Origin: Coleofasciculaceae cyanobacterium SM2_1_6
GTDB taxonomy: Bacteria > Cyanobacteriota > Cyanobacteriia > Cyanobacteriales > JAAUUE01
Length of the DNA: 40,298 bases
Reading direction: 5' to 3'
NCBI GenBank assembly: GCA_012031635.1
Contig: JAAUUE010000003.1
Location: 1 to 40,298 of the forward strand
A program made the translations under genes and the position numbers. Below the pieces are notes generated by a model that searched no databases, was not told the origin of the DNA, and was given only the letters and a program-made list of their open reading frames with translations. Shown here piece by piece: positions 39,298 through 40,298 of this stretch. Numbering within the stretch: the stretch's first letter is position 1; each line of letters starts with the position of its first letter.

Positions 39298-39392
39298 TAT
39301 AGTGCTAGACAGATTAATTAGGACAAGACCAGATACGTTGGCTGAGCGAAGTCGTAGCCGAATTCGTCCTAACTTTTATGGCAACGACCATA
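39298..39392. mobile_element. MITE-like element family C carrying a small hairpin repeat
   Basis: TATAGTGCTAGACAGATTAATTAGGAC...GTCCTAACTTTTATGGCAACGACCATA; inner TTAGGAC/GTCCTAA inverted repeat; contains GGCTGAGCGAAGTCGTAGCC (39340-39359); 13-nt tandem duplication at left end (39284-39309). Confidence 0.55.
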
Positions 39393-39400
39393 CATTCAAA

Positions 39401-39634
39401 TATAGCGATCCTAAATCATTAGACCTCTTGCGTGAATAAGGAAAAAGCCCCTGATCCCCCAGCCCCTTTTCCCTAGGGAGAAGGGGAGTAAGAGGAAAGT
39501 CCCTCTCCCCAGGGAGAGAGGGATTTAGGGTGAGGGTCATGATTCACGCAAGAGGTCTATTGTCTAAATTAGATTGCTTCTGGATAGGTTATGCCACCCG
39601 CCGCCGGCGGGTGAAATCATTTAGGACTGCTATA
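39401..39634 (+). mobile_element. MITE-like element family A, copy 2, interrupted by element B
   Basis: TATAGCGATCCTAAATCATT ... GTGAAATCATTTAGGACTGCTATA. Confidence 0.8.
39421..39558. mobile_element. MITE element B (138 bp) with perfect 17-bp TIRs and 3-bp target duplication
   Basis: AGACCTCTTGCGTGAAT ... ATTCACGCAAGAGGTCT flanked by ATT/ATT; interior has two C-rich/G-rich hairpins. Confidence 0.85.
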
Positions 39635-39664
39635 TCTTAAAAATTTATGAATTTGGGGGGATGC

Positions 39665-39747
39665 AGCGATCCTAATCCCTTGCTAAGTTTAGATTGCCTT
39701 TGGTCGGCGATTCAACCACCCCCGCCAGCAAAATCATCTAGGACTGC
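39665..39747 (+). mobile_element. MITE-like element family A, degenerate copy 3
   Basis: AGCGATCCTAA...TTAGATTGC...AAATCATCTAGGACTGC. Confidence 0.6.
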
Positions 39748-39810
39748 GAGGAAGTTGGGGTATAGTTGGGAAATTATTGATCGGATAAAGTTAGTTGTAC
39801 CCTAGAAATC

Positions 39811-40298
39811 ATGTTGACTATTGGACTAATTAGTGGGACTTCGGTGGATGGGATTGATGCTGCCCTGGTGGAGGTTTCTGGGGGCGAGGCAGACCTGAGT
39901 ATCGAGCTAGTAGCGGCGGAAACTTTTAGTTATCCAGAGGAATTGCGGCAGGAGATTTTGGCGGTAATTGCGGGGAAGGCGTTAACTATGGCGGAGTTTG
40001 CTGCCCTTGATGACGGGATTGCCCGTGCCTTTGCCCAGGCTGCTCAAGAAATTCAACGTTCTCACCCCCCAGCCGAGCTAATTGGTTCCCACGGACAAAC
40101 CGTCTACCATCTGCCGCCAGCCCAAGAATCCGCTCGACAATCAACCCCACAATCAACCCCACAATCAACCCCACAATCGGGGCAACATCCAGCCCAACAA
40201 ATAGGCTATACTCTCCAACTGGGGCGGGGGGGCTTTTAATTGCTGAATTTGACGAGAATTACCACGGTAAATAACTTCCGGGTGGCAGACATGGCGGC
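39811..40298 (+). CDS. anmK: anhydro-N-acetylmuramic acid kinase, 5' part (runs off window; indels near 40226-40250)
   Basis: [34 protein letters not shown]; after removing extra homopolymer bases continues [21 protein letters not shown]. Confidence 0.93.
40138..40178 (+). repeat. 12-nt in-frame tandem repeat (QSTP) in anmK
   Basis: CAATCAACCCCA x3 plus partial. Confidence 0.9.

Overview
Cyanobacterial chromosomal window: HIP1 octamer GCGATCGC and its CGATCG core are abundant, and it carries chlLN, hetF, tocopherol genes and a cyanobacterial 6S RNA. Most of it is core metabolism (C-DES-type lyase, chlL-chlN, GT4, ppsA, two orphan histidine kinases, hetF, rlmB, gamma-TMT + HPT, tRNA-Gln, folB, rsmA, ispE, bactofilin + M23 peptidase, anmK). 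At least eight genes are broken by 1-nt indels, nearly all in homopolymer runs, most likely sequencing error. Most notable: (1) a tandem pair of ~110-aa paralogues with double-glycine export leaders and an unrecognised cationic, Cys-free core; (2) a ~0.84-kb two-gene cassette (small protein + retropepsin-like protease) bracketed by an exact 47-bp duplication of the host gene 3' end that starts at a HIP1-like site; (3) 24-nt mini-elements inserted into HIP1 sites and into copies of themselves, two of them inside coding sequence; (4) a nested MITE cluster; (5) a chimeric antitoxin with an internally deleted PIN toxin; (6) a patatin with an inserted beta-rich domain. All family assignments are from motif recognition by eye; no database search was run.
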